A program made the position numbers and the translations under genes. A stretch of DNA of 63,962 nucleotides, counting the filler, from Olpidium bornovanus S191 (lineage: Eukaryota > Fungi > Olpidiomycota): assembly GCA_017911155.1 (NCBI GenBank). It is 31 parts of 31 records of this genome, joined end to end, with 100 filler letters (N's around TTAATTAATTAA, not from the genome) between each part and the next. Parts side by side here need not be neighbours in the genome. Positions count along the whole stretch, not along the records: positions 33,247 to 36,990 come from JAEFCI010000765.1; positions 37,091 to 38,404 come from JAEFCI010010139.1; positions 38,505 to 39,651 come from JAEFCI010000872.1; positions 39,752 to 41,960 come from JAEFCI010002542.1; positions 42,061 to 44,796 come from JAEFCI010002890.1; positions 44,897 to 46,260 come from JAEFCI010011950.1; 25 more parts are not named here. One strand, written 5' to 3'. Position 1 is the first letter of the stretch. Every line of letters starts with the position of its first letter. The notes beneath the pieces are model-generated. The model saw only the letters and a list, made by a program, of their open reading frames with translations. It had not been told where the DNA came from and did no database searches. Positions 33,601 through 45,159 of this stretch are shown here, one piece after another.

Positions 33601-36600
33601 TCCGCCGCCTGGCTCATATCTGCAAACATCACCGCCCGATCTCTCAAGGGTACAAAGGGATCCACAGGTGGTTCTGGCAGACGCGCCACTAAAGACGGTG
33701 TCGCGTTTGGGCGTCTGGTTTTGGTTTATCCGGGTGTGCGCTCATTGAAAGAAAAGAAGCAAGAGCCCTACCTACACACACCCCGCCTCAAGAGCATACG
33801 GAGCAAAGATACGGCAATGCTGAGACGGTGCATAAAAAAATGTAAGGTAGAAGAGAATGATAAGGCGTGATGGAAAAAAAACCATGAAAAGGAAAAGGGC
33901 GAAGGCAGTGTCCAACACGCTTGTCCTTGACGTTGACCGGGGGGGGAAGGGGGGCGGGGGGGGGGGCGTCTTGACGGAGCGCAACACGAAGTAGGACTTG
34001 GCGGCAGTGCAGGGACGTCGATCAGTTCGCCGAATCGCGCACGGTCTGTTGCCGACGTCTCTAGTTCACGCGGACGCGGCGTGCTGATGGCGCCAAAGGC
34101 CGAGCGTGAGTTTCCTCTGCGCGGCACCAAGTGTGCTGAAGACGCTTTAGGATCTGCTGGCCGGACGCAGTGTGATTGCGTGAGGCAGATGCCATCTGGA
34201 ACCCGGAGGATTTGCGCGCCGTGGATGTACTTTGAGGGCGCCAGTCACAGCCAAAGGGCGCGTTGCGTGTAGGACCCGCAGGTAGTGAGAAAGGATGGAT
34301 GGATTTGGGACCTGTAATTGTAATATCATCGACCGAGATCGCCAACAGAACTAAAAGAGAAGAAAAAACTTACTCAAACTGAGCATCTGACGCGTTGGTG
34401 TCATTATTTGGTGCCGGCTTTGTCGCCCGTCTCGCGCTGTTGCAAAGAAAAAAGAGACACCGGGGCGGAATCCCAGAAGTACACAGCAAAATTCCAAGAT
34501 TGAAGCGTAGAGTCGCGATTGCTAGGATAGTTGTTCAGCCTCTCCCCGACGCGTTGACGTTCGGACGCGTCAAAATCCCCCCCCCCCCCCCTTCCCCCCT
34601 CCCCTCCCCCCCCCCCCCCCCCCCCCTTCCCCTCCCTTCTCCCCGAAAAGGCGAGACGCTCCCCACCCCACAGAAAAAAAAAAAAAATTACCCGACGGCG
34701 CCTCGACATTTTCGCCCCGACGTCCGAACGAAAAAAACCGAACGAAACCCCCCTCCCCCCCCCTCCCAAGTCCGTCCCGGAGAAATCGTAAGATAGAGAA
34801 CTGAGATAAGAAGAGACCAGGCGACGGAAGCGGAACAGGGTGATCAGGCCGGCCGCGGCGCGCAAAAGCGCGGCGCTGCAAAAAAAAGGGCGCCACCGTG
34901 AAGACAGAAAGTCAGGGAAAGTCGCGGCGGCTGTGGCGGCAGGATTTCGGTCGAGGGCGCTTGGGAGTTAGAACCGGAGTGAACTGGAATATGTGCGGAG
35001 TTTTTCGCAAAGACCCAAGCGTTGCCGCTCCACTGCCCAGAATATCTTTTTATAGCGCCGTGCTGCGTCGGTGGCGTAGAAAATAGAGCTAAGGTTCGCC
35101 ATTGATGGGGAAAAACTCCAATATCGGCCAATTCTCGGTCCAGTTCCAGCAACGTGCCGTTTGTCAGAGGCCGTAGAACGCCTTTGGGAGAAAGGAGCAC
35201 CCGGTCCGGATGTGTCGAATTTTTAACTTGTTCCGTATAGATCGGTCGATCAAGTGTAAAGATTTCGTTGTTGCGGGATTCGCTGGATCCTCCTTTTTTA
35301 TTTTTTTCTTGTGTTGTCTGTTTGCGGGATTCACGGGATTTGCAGGGGGAAGGGTGGAGGGGGGGGAGGGGGGGTTCAGCGGGATGTACGGGGACGGCAT
35401 TACTTCCGCTTGTCCCGCCACCGACGAGCGCGGACCCTCGTCTTGTTTTTTTATTTTTTTTTTTTTTCTTCTCTGTGATCGCATCGGACAGCCTCTTGTG
35501 TACTTTAAGACGGCTTCGCGGCTCCGCGCCGTCAGCTTCGACCTGAAAAACCGCACGCCGCTCCTCGGAGTGCCTTTTTTTTTCCTGCCACTTATTTGCC
35601 GCGCCTGGGCGTTCTGCTGGTGATTTCCGACCGCGTCTTCTAAGCGCCGTGTTTGAACGGCTGTCGATCTCCGGACCCTTTTTTGCGGTTGTGTGTGCCC
35701 CCCCCGCAAACCTCTCGTATTTTATATATCCTCGCCATCAGCTACGATTGACGCAAATTGAAATAGGGAGCGGAAAGAGGGGGAGAGGGCGGGGACAGGG
35801 CGGACGGACTTCGCGAGGTAATCGCCCCAGCCCCGCTTCCCCTGTTCTGGTCATGGCCCCTGCTTCTCCCAAATCAGTACCTGAGTCGGCTTACCAAATC
35901 AGTACCGTACAGTCGGCAGCCGTAGCTTATTACAGTACCAGCAGCATTGACCCCCTTTTGCACCACTGGATGGCCAGAATGCATCCATCGCCTGCTGCAG
36001 ATGGTTTGTGGTCGTTTCATGGGGAGAAGCTCAGAATCCAGGACTGGAAAGCTAGAGCACTTTGCCGGAGGCAGCTTCCAACAGCAGCCGGTTGAGGTCA
36101 TGATTTTCTTTTTTTTGGCACGAAGATTGATGCGCGGCTTCCGTGTTCGACAGGTCTAGAGGATGCGGTTACGAGGGGTTAAGCGGTGACGACGACGTGA
36201 CGACGAGAATCTCACGTTCACAGCATCGACCGGACACCTGGCAGCGTCGTTCTGAACGGCATCGTCGACAGCAAACTGGTGCTGACAACGTGGCACACGG
36301 TGAGCCTTTTCAGTTTCTGTCTGCACAGAGCAGGGCGCCCCGACGAGGCCGTTGCAAAGCACCGAAGCGGCAATCCTTGGGTTGGTGCCAGAAAATGAGA
36401 TCTCGCAGAGAAGCCTTCCCTTTCGTCTTTCTCACGTTCCCCAAACCGCCCACTGGTGCGGTTCCTGTCCGAAGCGAGGTCGAGCATACCACACCTCATA
36501 TTTGACATGACGCTGGAAAAATCCAGTGGACGCGATGCTTTCCACTGGTCGCGGTGGTTTTATTCTTTCGATTTTTTTTTCGCTACTTCCGAGCAAGGAT

Positions 36601-36627
36601 CTGTCAGTCCTCCCTTTATCCTCCGGC

Positions 36628-36990
36628 TCAAAACACGTACGAACCCTGAGCGAGCGGCAACCGGTCCGCCACCGCGGAATCGCACTTGACACCGTCCGCC
36701 TTGACTTCGTAGGTCTCCGGGTCGACGCGCATCCGAGGTAGGTACGAGTTGAGCTTCATGTCTTTCTTGCGGACGGCCCTGCAGCCGCGCACGGCCTCGA
36801 TGCGCTTCCGCAGGCCGTACGACGCCTTCACCGTTGTCAGCGACGAGGCCGACACGAAAACCAGCGAGGACATGCCCGCCGCGCCGGCGCGCGCTCCGAA
36901 CATCGGCCGGCAGATTACCGGCTGAGTCGTCGGAATCGAGGCGTTCGCGTCGCCCATTTGTCCGCACACCACCACACCGCCCTTCAAGAC
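36628..36990 (-). CDS. URE1: Urease, C-terminal end
   Basis: LKGGVVVCGQMGDANASIPTTQPVICRPMFG...DMKLNSYLPRMRVDPETYEVKADG...LPLAQGSYVF*. Confidence 0.96.
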   Translation of the reverse strand, partial: VLKGGVVVCGQMGDANASIPTTQPVICRPMFGARAGAAGMSSLVFVSASSLTTVKASYGLRKRIEAVRGCRAVRKKDMKLNSYLPRMRVDPETYEVKADGVKCDSAVADRLPLAQGSYVF

Positions 36991-37126
36991 NNNNNNNNNN
37001 NNNNNNNNNNNNNNNNNNNNNNNNNNNNNNNNNNTTAATTAATTAANNNNNNNNNNNNNNNNNNNNNNNNNNNNNNNNNNNNNNNNNNNNCATGCCCCGT
37101 GTACGACGCTTGATTAATGTTCTTAG

Positions 37127-37214
37127 GCACAGCAAGCGCGTCACAATCCAGCCGAAGGACATCCGTCTTGCCTGCCGCCTTCGCGGGAATCGTTCGGTGG
37201 TGATAGCTTCATAA
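37127..37214 (+). pseudogene. Histone H3-like C-terminal exon, divergent or decayed
   Basis: After a TTCTTAG acceptor: HSKRVTIQPKDIRLACRLRGNRSVVIAS*, versus canonical HAKRVTIQ/MPKDIQLARRLRGERS. Confidence 0.75.
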
Positions 37215-38506
37215 GCGAGATCCCGGGGGGTCCGCAGAAGCAAAAGGAATTTTCCAGCTCCCGCTGAATTTGCGTTTTCTTCGCACTCCAGATCACAACC
37301 CCAATTTGTGGCATAATTTTCCGAGCTGCCGCCGGGTTGCGCACTCGCCTTTGAATTCTCTCCGCCCCTGCTCCCTAACGTTTCTTGCAATCTGGAGGCG
37401 CATTACACGTAAGGCCTTTTCCTCTCTTTTCACCTACAGAGGTGTTTGTATGGCGCTGGAGCCGTACAGATGTCCTGCACGACAAACAAAAGACATCAGT
37501 TCCAGAGCCGGGCGGTTATCTTTTTTCCGGGGACGCCAGAGCCCTTTTCGCCGCCAAAGGTCGTCCGCCGCCCACCCCACCCCGCCCCCTTCCCATACCG
37601 GCAAACAAACATGAACGGCCCTCATGTAAGTCTGGATCGCCCGAGACAAACCCAAAAACAAGAGGCGTGGTGAGCCGGGCAAAAGGAATTTAGAGGAACT
37701 TGCGGCCGGCCGTTTCTCCTTTACGTTGTTGCACATCTATCGGAAAACAAGCGCGACTTTCCTTTGCGGCTGGCGGTCCGAGGATCGACAACCCAACCAC
37801 AAACAAATGTGTGTCGAACTCCCCTTCGTCCTACCGGGGGACCAAGCGGGCACACACCTTCCTGTCCTTGGCCGCTGGAGAGGGGCCGTTGGGTTGTTGA
37901 GCGGCCGCGAAAGCTGCTTCCGCAGTTCTCCGCGAGAGCCTTTTGCAATTGGAACGCGTGACGCCGTGTAATCCGACCGGCCATCGCACCCCTCCACCAG
38001 AATATACAGCGCTTCCCCCGGCTGTCGGTGTGCGTATTTTGCGCGCGACAATGGCGAGCGGCGGGAGAGGGCTAAGCTTTTTTTGCCCATTTCGATGCGG
38101 AACAAATGCCGTAGATTTCGCGACAGAGGAGGACAGGAGGGGTCTGCGGGCGGGTACCGCTAGCCCGGAACAAAAGGAAAACAAAAAGAAAAAAAAATTC
38201 TGCAGCGCAATTGCGGGCTGTGGCGCGATGATGAATGGTCCCGCCCCTGCTGTCCTTTGGCAGAGGGCTCGAATGTTACGCGTTTCTCGCTGTGCGCCGT
38301 TCTAAAGAGGACAGGAACGCGTTAAGCGCCTCGAACGTGATGTGTGCGCAGCGAGCTCGCAAACCGGGAGGCCGGCCGGGGGGGGGGGGGGGGGGAAAAA
38401 GAGGNNNNNNNNNNNNNNNNNNNNNNNNNNNNNNNNNNNNNNNNNNNNTTAATTAATTAANNNNNNNNNNNNNNNNNNNNNNNNNNNNNNNNNNNNNNNN
38501 NNNNCG

Positions 38507-38559
<53 letters not shown>

Positions 38560-38606
38560 CCTACCCGGACCCACCGGAAGGGGCGACTGCGCCCCCTGGT
38601 CAAAAA

Positions 38607-38646
<40 letters not shown>

Positions 38647-38701
38647 ATAATGCCGCCGCCACGCAAAGGAGGAGAGGCGGCGGCGGCGGCTTCCGGAGGA
38701 G

Positions 38702-38790
38702 GTGGAGGAGGAGGACGAGGACGAGGAGGAGGACGAGGACAAGGAGGTCGAGGAGGACGAGGACAAGGAGGCCGAGGAGGACGAGGAGGA
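38702..38790 (+). repeat. GAG/GAC-rich acidic low-complexity tract (EEEDEDEEEDEDKEVEEDEDKEAEEDEED)
   Basis: Codon-like trinucleotide reiteration. The parent gene was not identified. Confidence 0.5.
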
Positions 38791-39169
38791 CGCCGGCCTG
38801 CCGCCAACCGACGCCCCGCCTTCGCGCCCGGCAGCGCGATACCCGCCGAGTTGCTCCAGGACATCGACGCGAACGGTGCGCGCCGTCTCGGGTCGCGCCG
38901 CACTCTTTCTTCTTCCCCTTCATTTTGCTCACCGCCTGTATCGCCTTCGCGCGGAAACAAGCAGGGCGCGAGAACAGCGACGACAGGACCTTTACGAGGT
39001 TCCGCCTGGGAGCCGTCAGGTCACGGAGAGAAGAACGGAAGACAAAGAAACTTTGCAAGAAGCGTCCGCCGACGCAGGTAAACCCCCGGCTTTTCTTTTT
39101 CTCCGACGATGACCTCCGACGATGCCCACACCCCTTGTCTTTGCGCTGAGAAGGCCTTCTTCCCGGTCC

Positions 39170-39651
39170 GCATGTTATCGGGTTTTATAGGCGAGGCCCG
39201 GCAAGAGAAAATCGGACGACGTTGGGGCCGACTCTCCAGCGCCGCCCGCGTCAAAGAAGGTCAAGGCGAGCGAAGAGTCCACCTGCGTTGCGCAGGCGGC
39301 GTCAACGCCCAAGGAAAAGAAATGCGAGCAGCCCTCGTCGGCGAAGACGGTGCTCGAACGTTTGGCTAAAAAGAATCCCGAGTACTATGCCCTCCTTGAG
39401 TCCGAGCGGCTGGTGCGGCCCCTGTCCGGCGCCGGCGCCGACGACAGGGAGGAGAAGGAGCTGCGGAGCCTCGAAAAGAAACTGGGGATGAAGAAGGGTG
39501 CCGCGCTGTCAAAAAAGTTTAAAGAGGACGGTCTCAGCTTCCTGCTGGACGGTCTGGACTTCGGGTCGCGCGCGCTCAAAGCCAAGGCCGGTAGGGGGCA
39601 GGACAATATCGATCAAGACCTCGCGGACGAGAGCGACGCTACCGACATGTC
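39170..39651 (+). CDS. SGD1: SGD1/NOM1-like nucleolar MIF4G-domain protein, N-terminal fragment
   Basis: LERLAKKNPEYYALLE...DDREEKELRSLEKKLGMKK...SKKFKEDGLSFLLDGLD resembles the NOM1/Sgd1 EI..LEKKL...F..DGL..LL motif. Start codon uncertain. Confidence 0.7.
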
Positions 39652-39901
39652 NNNNNNNNNNNNNNNNNNNNNNNNNNNNNNNNNNNNNNNNNNNNTTAAT
39701 TAATTAANNNNNNNNNNNNNNNNNNNNNNNNNNNNNNNNNNNNNNNNNNNNGGGGGGGGGGGGGGGGGGGGGGGGGGATAAAAAGGTCAGCGGGCGGCGC
39801 CACGATCAAGTGAAGGAGGGGAGCGTTCCGTTCCCGGTTGCGGCCCGAGAGCCCCTCGCCCGCGCGGTAGCGTTTTCAAATCCCCGCCCCCGGGAAAATC
39901 G

Positions 39902-41495
39902 CTAACCTTTCCAGACGACGCCGCCGATCTTCCCGGCGTCCTCCTTCCGCTCGCTCAGGCCGCGGCCGCCGGTCACGACGAAGATGTCCTCCTTGATGCG
40001 CTCCCAATCGATTACCATCTCGCCGCCGACGAGGAGCGCAGCCGACGACTCCAGCGCGGGACCCTGCAACCTCGCAGCGTAGTCCGGCGGGAGCCACGAC
40101 GGAATTGTAGACGACGGCAAGGTGTGAGATGCTATTTTTTCAAAAAGGAAAAATAAAAAAGGAAAAGATAAAAAGAAAACATTTTTTTCCAGCGGGGAAA
40201 AAAACAAGGGGAGAAGAAATGAGGGAGAGGGAGAAAAAGAAGGAGGAAAAGAAGAAAACGAAGGGGGGGGAAGGGGGGGGGAAAGGAGAAAAAGACGGGG
40301 GAAAAAGAAAAAACAGGCGGAGATAAAGGAAGAAAAAAAAAAAGAGAAAAGGCAAAAAGGGGGCGGGGAAAGAAAAAGGAAATAGAAAAGAAAAAGGGAA
40401 ACGAGAAAGGGAAAAGAAATTAGAAAAGAAAAATGAAAAAAGGAAATTAGAAAAAACGAATTAAAAAGACGCGGTTGCGGAGGAAAAAAAGGATAAAAAA
40501 AAGAAAGAAAGAAGAAAGAAAAAGAGACACGTGGTCGCGTCATAGACCGCCCGCCGAACCCTTCGCCTCCCCCTCCACCCCATTCTTTCCTTCCCTCCAC
40601 AAGCCGACCGCCTCTGAACCAAAACTCCTAAAAAAGTCTTTCCCTTACCCGCCGCGAATTCCATTTGGATTAGCCGCTGGCGTTCGACGGGAACGGACGG
40701 TACGCCAAAGTCGGACTCCGTGCAGGCGACGGAGACCACGTCGTCGTCGTCGTCGCCGTCGGGCGAGGAGGCGCGGGCGTTCGCGAAGCGGGGGAAGGGG
40801 GGCCGGTGGCCGGCAGCAGGCAGGAGCGAAGCGAGCGGCGGCAGGGTGCAGCCGGAGGAGGGGTCCACGGCCATGGCGGCGCGGGCTCTCTTTCCGCCTC
40901 CTCCTCCTCCACCTCGCGCCCGGGAGAACGAAATGTCGGCGGGGCCCCCGCCGAAAAACCGCTGCAGCTTGCCGCCGGCATCCTCGTCGGGGTCTTCGGC
41001 ACCGCCGTCGTCGTCGTCGCCGCCGCCGGCGCACCCCCATCTCCCGGTCCTCCTCCTCTTCCCCCTCCTGGCGGTCCCGGCGTCCCGCCCGGGCGGGCCC
41101 GCGAGGGCGAGAAGCCGTCCCGGCGACCTTGTGTACAGGCCGTAGACGCCGCGCACGACGCCGAGCGCGAGGCATGCGGCGTCGGGCCCGCGCCCGGAAC
41201 GCCGGGGGCGGGACGGCGGCGCGGTGACGCGCGGCTTCCGCGACGGCCGGGCGGGCGCCGCGGCGGGGGCCTCCGGCGGCCCGAGAGCGGCGGAGCGTGG
41301 GGCGGGACGGGGCGGGCGGGGGCGGGGGCGGGCGGGGGCGGGGTCGGCGGCGAAGCGGCGGAGGTCGCGGGCGGAGAGGCGGCCGACGGGAACGGCGCCC
41401 CACCGGGCGGGGTCGCAGGGCGCGGCGGCGGCGGCGGCGGCGGGCGCGTGTTCTTCTTCTTCTTCTTCTTTGGGCATTGCGGGCATTGCTGGCAT
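39902..41495 (-). CDS. Hypothetical protein, at least two exons
   Basis: Long GC3-rich frame (CDPARWGAVPVG...LALGVVRGVYGLY...FGVPSVPVERQRLIQMEF|GT) plus a terminal exon (LPSSTIPSWLPPDYAARLQG...VIDWERIKEDIFVVTGG). No family recognised. Confidence 0.45.
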
Positions 41496-41549
41496 TGCGG
41501 GAATTGCGGGGGGAGGCGAGGCGGGGGCGGGTGCCGCCTCGTTTTTTTT

Positions 41550-41581
<32 letters not shown>

Positions 41582-42103
41582 TCTCTCTCCCGTTTTACGT
41601 TCTGGTTGAACTTATCTTTTTTTTTGACTTTCCCCACCCCTTAAAGCCCCTCCCCCGCCCCCTCCTTCTTCCCCCTCCCCCCCCCCCCCCCCCCCCCCCC
41701 CGTAAACTCCCCCTTCCCCCCCCCCGCCCGGAAGTTTTTTCGATTCCCCTTTGTTTTCTTCCCCTTGTTCCAACGCCCCTGAGGGATTTTCCTCCCTCTC
41801 CCCCTCCCGACAAATCCGCCCCCCCCCCCCTTCCCCCCCCCCCCTCCCCCCCCCCCCACCCCCGCCCCGCACCCGCGGAACAAAAGAGAACCTCGAAACC
41901 AAAGGCGAAAAAGAAAAAGCCGGAAAAGCAAGAAAGAAAAACGACCGAGGCAGCGCCGAANNNNNNNNNNNNNNNNNNNNNNNNNNNNNNNNNNNNNNNN
42001 NNNNTTAATTAATTAANNNNNNNNNNNNNNNNNNNNNNNNNNNNNNNNNNNNNNNNNNNNCATGAATACATCTCGTTAAACAGTAAAAAGACTATTTTAA
42101 GAG

Positions 42104-42765
42104 ATGGATACAAAACAAGATAAAACAATAGAAAACAAAGGTTAATTACCAAAATTCTAAAATATACAGATTGTGGTCAGACCAAAGTGACTGTTTGTAC
42201 ATTGGGGCAACTACACGAAGTCTGGCACAACGATTTTCTGAACATATGAGCGATGCACGGAAAGGTATAACTAAAACTCATCGACTGATGAAAGGGCACA
42301 TAAATATTCGTATTGAACTCATTGAAGAGTATGCTTCGGAGAATGTTGAACAATTTACGAGCACGTGAAAGTCATTTTGTTCGTCTTCATAAAGATAAAT
42401 TAGTAAATCAAGTAATTCCAGCACGGAGCCCTAATCAATACCATGCTGAATGGTATAAATCCAATAGAGACAAAATTATATTACAAGGAGCAGCATACTA
42501 TAAAGCAAATAAAGACATAATTCTAGCACGTAATAGGAAATAGAAAAAAGCAAATAATGACAAATTTGCAGCATATCATGCTGAATGGTATGAAGCAAAA
42601 AAAGACAAAATTCTAGCACAAGGAGCAGCATATCGTGCTAATAACAAAGAAAAAGAGAAAATATGGCATGTGGTATAGCGTGATAAAAATAGGGATGAAC
42701 TCAACAGAAAGGAAAGAGAAAGATATGCAGCCAAAAAGGCTCAACCTATTTCTTCTTCTTCCTGA
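42104..42765 (+). pseudogene. GIY-YIG endonuclease with Y/A/K-rich helical repeat tail; frameshifted and with stops
   Basis: (V)NYQNSKIYRLWSDQSDCLYIGATTRSLAQRFSEH...IELIEEY...LRARESHF...VNQVIP, then repeats YHAEWY..K.DKI..QGAAYY/R. One-base shifts near 42140 and 42357, plus two TAG stops. Confidence 0.85.
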
Positions 42766-42970
42766 AACGTTGTTTCTCTCTAAATTCTTTAAGTAGGTCT
42801 TTTGCCCTAATATTCTTTACCGGCTCCCAAGTGGCCTGACTTAATGGGTACCCCTCATATAACAGTAGATAGTTCGTTTTTTTTCCAAGTTTTCTTCTAC
42901 CAAGTATTTTATTAATAATATAATACCCTTCATCGTCTGGTGCAGGATTGCAACTTTCCCTTATATCATT
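42746..42970 (-). CDS. C-terminal chromodomain of a decayed ORF
   Basis: In-frame LYIINKILGRRKLGKKTNYLLLYEGYPLSQATWEPVKNIRAKDLLKEF...*. The upstream part is frameshifted and cut by the LTR at 43134. Confidence 0.8.
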   Translation of the reverse strand, partial: NDIRESCNPAPDDEGYYIINKILGRRKLGKKTNYLLLYEGYPLSQATWEPVKNIRAKDLLKEFREKQRFRKKKK

Positions 42971-43133
42971 ACTTCGGGTATAGTTAGCAACAAATTATCA
43001 ATCTCCCTTTGAGAAGCCACAGTGCGTTCTTTGACTGCTTGTTCCTCTGGTGTCAGAGGGTCCATGTAGAGGGGGTCAGTATTGTTGACCACTAACAGGT
43101 CCATTACGATGTAGACCCCTTTCCTTATATTCA

Positions 43134-43812
43134 TGTCACGGCGCGCACCTCGGTGGCGTCAAACCCCTCTTAGCTGCGTCAAACCTCTCTTGAGAGGGCA
43201 GCTTATGAGCGCCGTCATGTGACCTAGAAATCGCCGAGACCACTAGACACACCAGTGTATCTAGTCGCGAGTCACGTGACCATCCAGATCAAGACCCAGA
43301 GTACAGTGTGTATAGTGAGCGCAGGCGTAGTAGGGGTAATACTGGTATATCGGCGAATCACCACCACGCCGCGGCCTTCGGAGTATTAAGGAATAACTTC
43401 GAGCCTGTAACCAGTACCTAAACCGCAATGTAGGCTTCACCAGAGATTATATAGAACGTCCAAGCCTAACGCCAGTACCGGAGCCGCAATACTGGATATA
43501 GCGCACCGGCGCGCGCTACACTCTCTAAAACACACACCGTATGACCGCGCCAGTGCCGACATTAGGTCGCGCCTATATAAAGCGCCAATCACTACGTACC
43601 TTTAGAAGTGGAACTCACACGCAAAAGCCTAAGCATAACACTCTACTACATCAAAACGCGTAGTTTCCAGATCCAGACTCCCAGACTCCGAATAGGCTCC
43701 AGATAGTCTAAGCCTTTAGCTAGACAGCTTATTCCCAGATCCAGAGCCAGAGCTTTGAAATACGAATCTCCCAGATCGCGCCGCGCGCAGATTCTGTACT
43801 TTGATTGTTACA
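43134..43812 (+). mobile_element. LTR (679 bp), family A
   Basis: Starts TGTCAC and ends GTTACA (imperfect terminal inverted repeat). Contains CTATATAAAG, no ORF, followed by TGGT (possible truncated PBS). Confidence 0.7.
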
Positions 43813-43816
43813 TGGT

Positions 43817-44150
43817 TGTACTGCGGCAAGGTTCACAGCGTTATATTCCTTTCCCTCGTCAGGTCTGAGACGGTGCTACAGGTAAGGGGACGAGGGCTGC
43901 AAGTGCAGTCGAAGGGGAAAGGTCGAGGTTCGAGTTGAGGTATGTTGGGTGGGGGGGCTGAGTCGAGCTACGGAGCGGAAGGGACGCTATTTATGCTGGT
44001 CGACGTCGAGCGAAGGCAGAACGACAGCTTGCCGTCGTTCGACGTCGCGTTTGTCGACGCGGTGCGTCCGGTCCCTTCCCGCGCAGTTCCCACGCGGGGC
44101 TCCGAGCTCGTGCGTGCGGGGGGGTGCGGGTGGGGGGGGGGGCGGGGGCA
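43817..44150 (-). mobile_element. LTR-like interspersed repeat family B, copy 2
   Basis: Begins TGTACTGCGGCAAGGTT on the plus strand; reverse-complement match to 30105-30459. Confidence 0.75.
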
Positions 44151-44570
44151 GTGGGGGGGTTACGGTTGATGGGGGATTCTCACGTGCGGCTCTGAGGGGG
44201 TGAAGGGGGCAAGGGGGAAGCCCTTCGATTGGCGGGCTTCGAGGGGGGGGGAAGGGGGGAAGCGCTCTTCGATTGGCGGGCTTCGAGGGGGGCCATTCTA
44301 TTGGTTGACCCTCGGGTTCGGGGACCGTCCTGCCCTCGATCCCGCCGCCGCCGCTTCCGCCCTTTGACCGCCTCTCGCCCATCACTCTGCGCCCTTCGCC
44401 CGCTGTCGAGCTCAAAAGCCGTGGTTCGGCGTCTTCGAGACGACGGGGAAAAGAAGGCAGGTGAGTGGAGCCGAACCCGCCGGGGGCCTTTCTCGAGCTA
44501 GGGACCGGCCTCGTCGAGGCACGCTTTGGTTTCGAAATAGCTCAAGGACCAAGCTCCGAGCTTCGCGTTC

Positions 44571-44796
44571 GGGAGGGCCGCGCCGACGCGCAACCACTGC
44601 ACTTCGAGAGGGCCGCGCCGATGCGCAACCGCTATACTTCGGGAGGGCCGCGCCGACGCGCAACCGCTATACTTTGAGAGGGCCGCGCCGATGCGCAACC
44701 GCTATACTTCGAGAGGGCCGCGCCGACGCGCAACCGCTATACTTCGAGAGGGCCGCGCCGATGCGCAACCGCTATACTTCGAGAGGGCCGCGCCGA
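44571..44796. repeat. 35-bp minisatellite, 6 full units plus a partial one, running to the contig end
   Basis: Unit GAGAGGGCCGCGCCGA(C/T)GCGCAACCGCTATACTTC, head-to-tail with no spacers. Confidence 0.97.
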
Positions 44797-45159
44797 NNNN
44801 NNNNNNNNNNNNNNNNNNNNNNNNNNNNNNNNNNNNNNNNTTAATTAATTAANNNNNNNNNNNNNNNNNNNNNNNNNNNNNNNNNNNNNNNNNNNNCATG
44901 GACAAGCGAAAAAAAAGGACAGGCCGTTTTAACCTTGGATGATTTCGCAAAGAGCCTAATAGCAATAACGAATAAAACGAACAGGGAGGCAAACAGCCAA
45001 GCACAAAAAAACTTGGAAAACAGAGAGGGGTAAACGGAACACGGAAACGAGTGGAGACACAATCGAGGCTAATAAAATTCTCGGCTGATGCTTCAATGCA
45101 ATCACAAGACAATCAATCGGTAGGGGTAAAAGGTCCCCTTGCCAGGTTTTTTCCTACCT

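Noticed and set aside
34420-35200. Possible minus-strand exons (STLQSWNFAVYFWDS; GVLRPLTNGTLLELDRELAD)
   Set aside because: Two frames are equally plausible and no family is recognised.
44571-44796. CRISPR array
   Set aside because: Units are contiguous with no unique spacers, there are no cas genes, and the context is eukaryotic.
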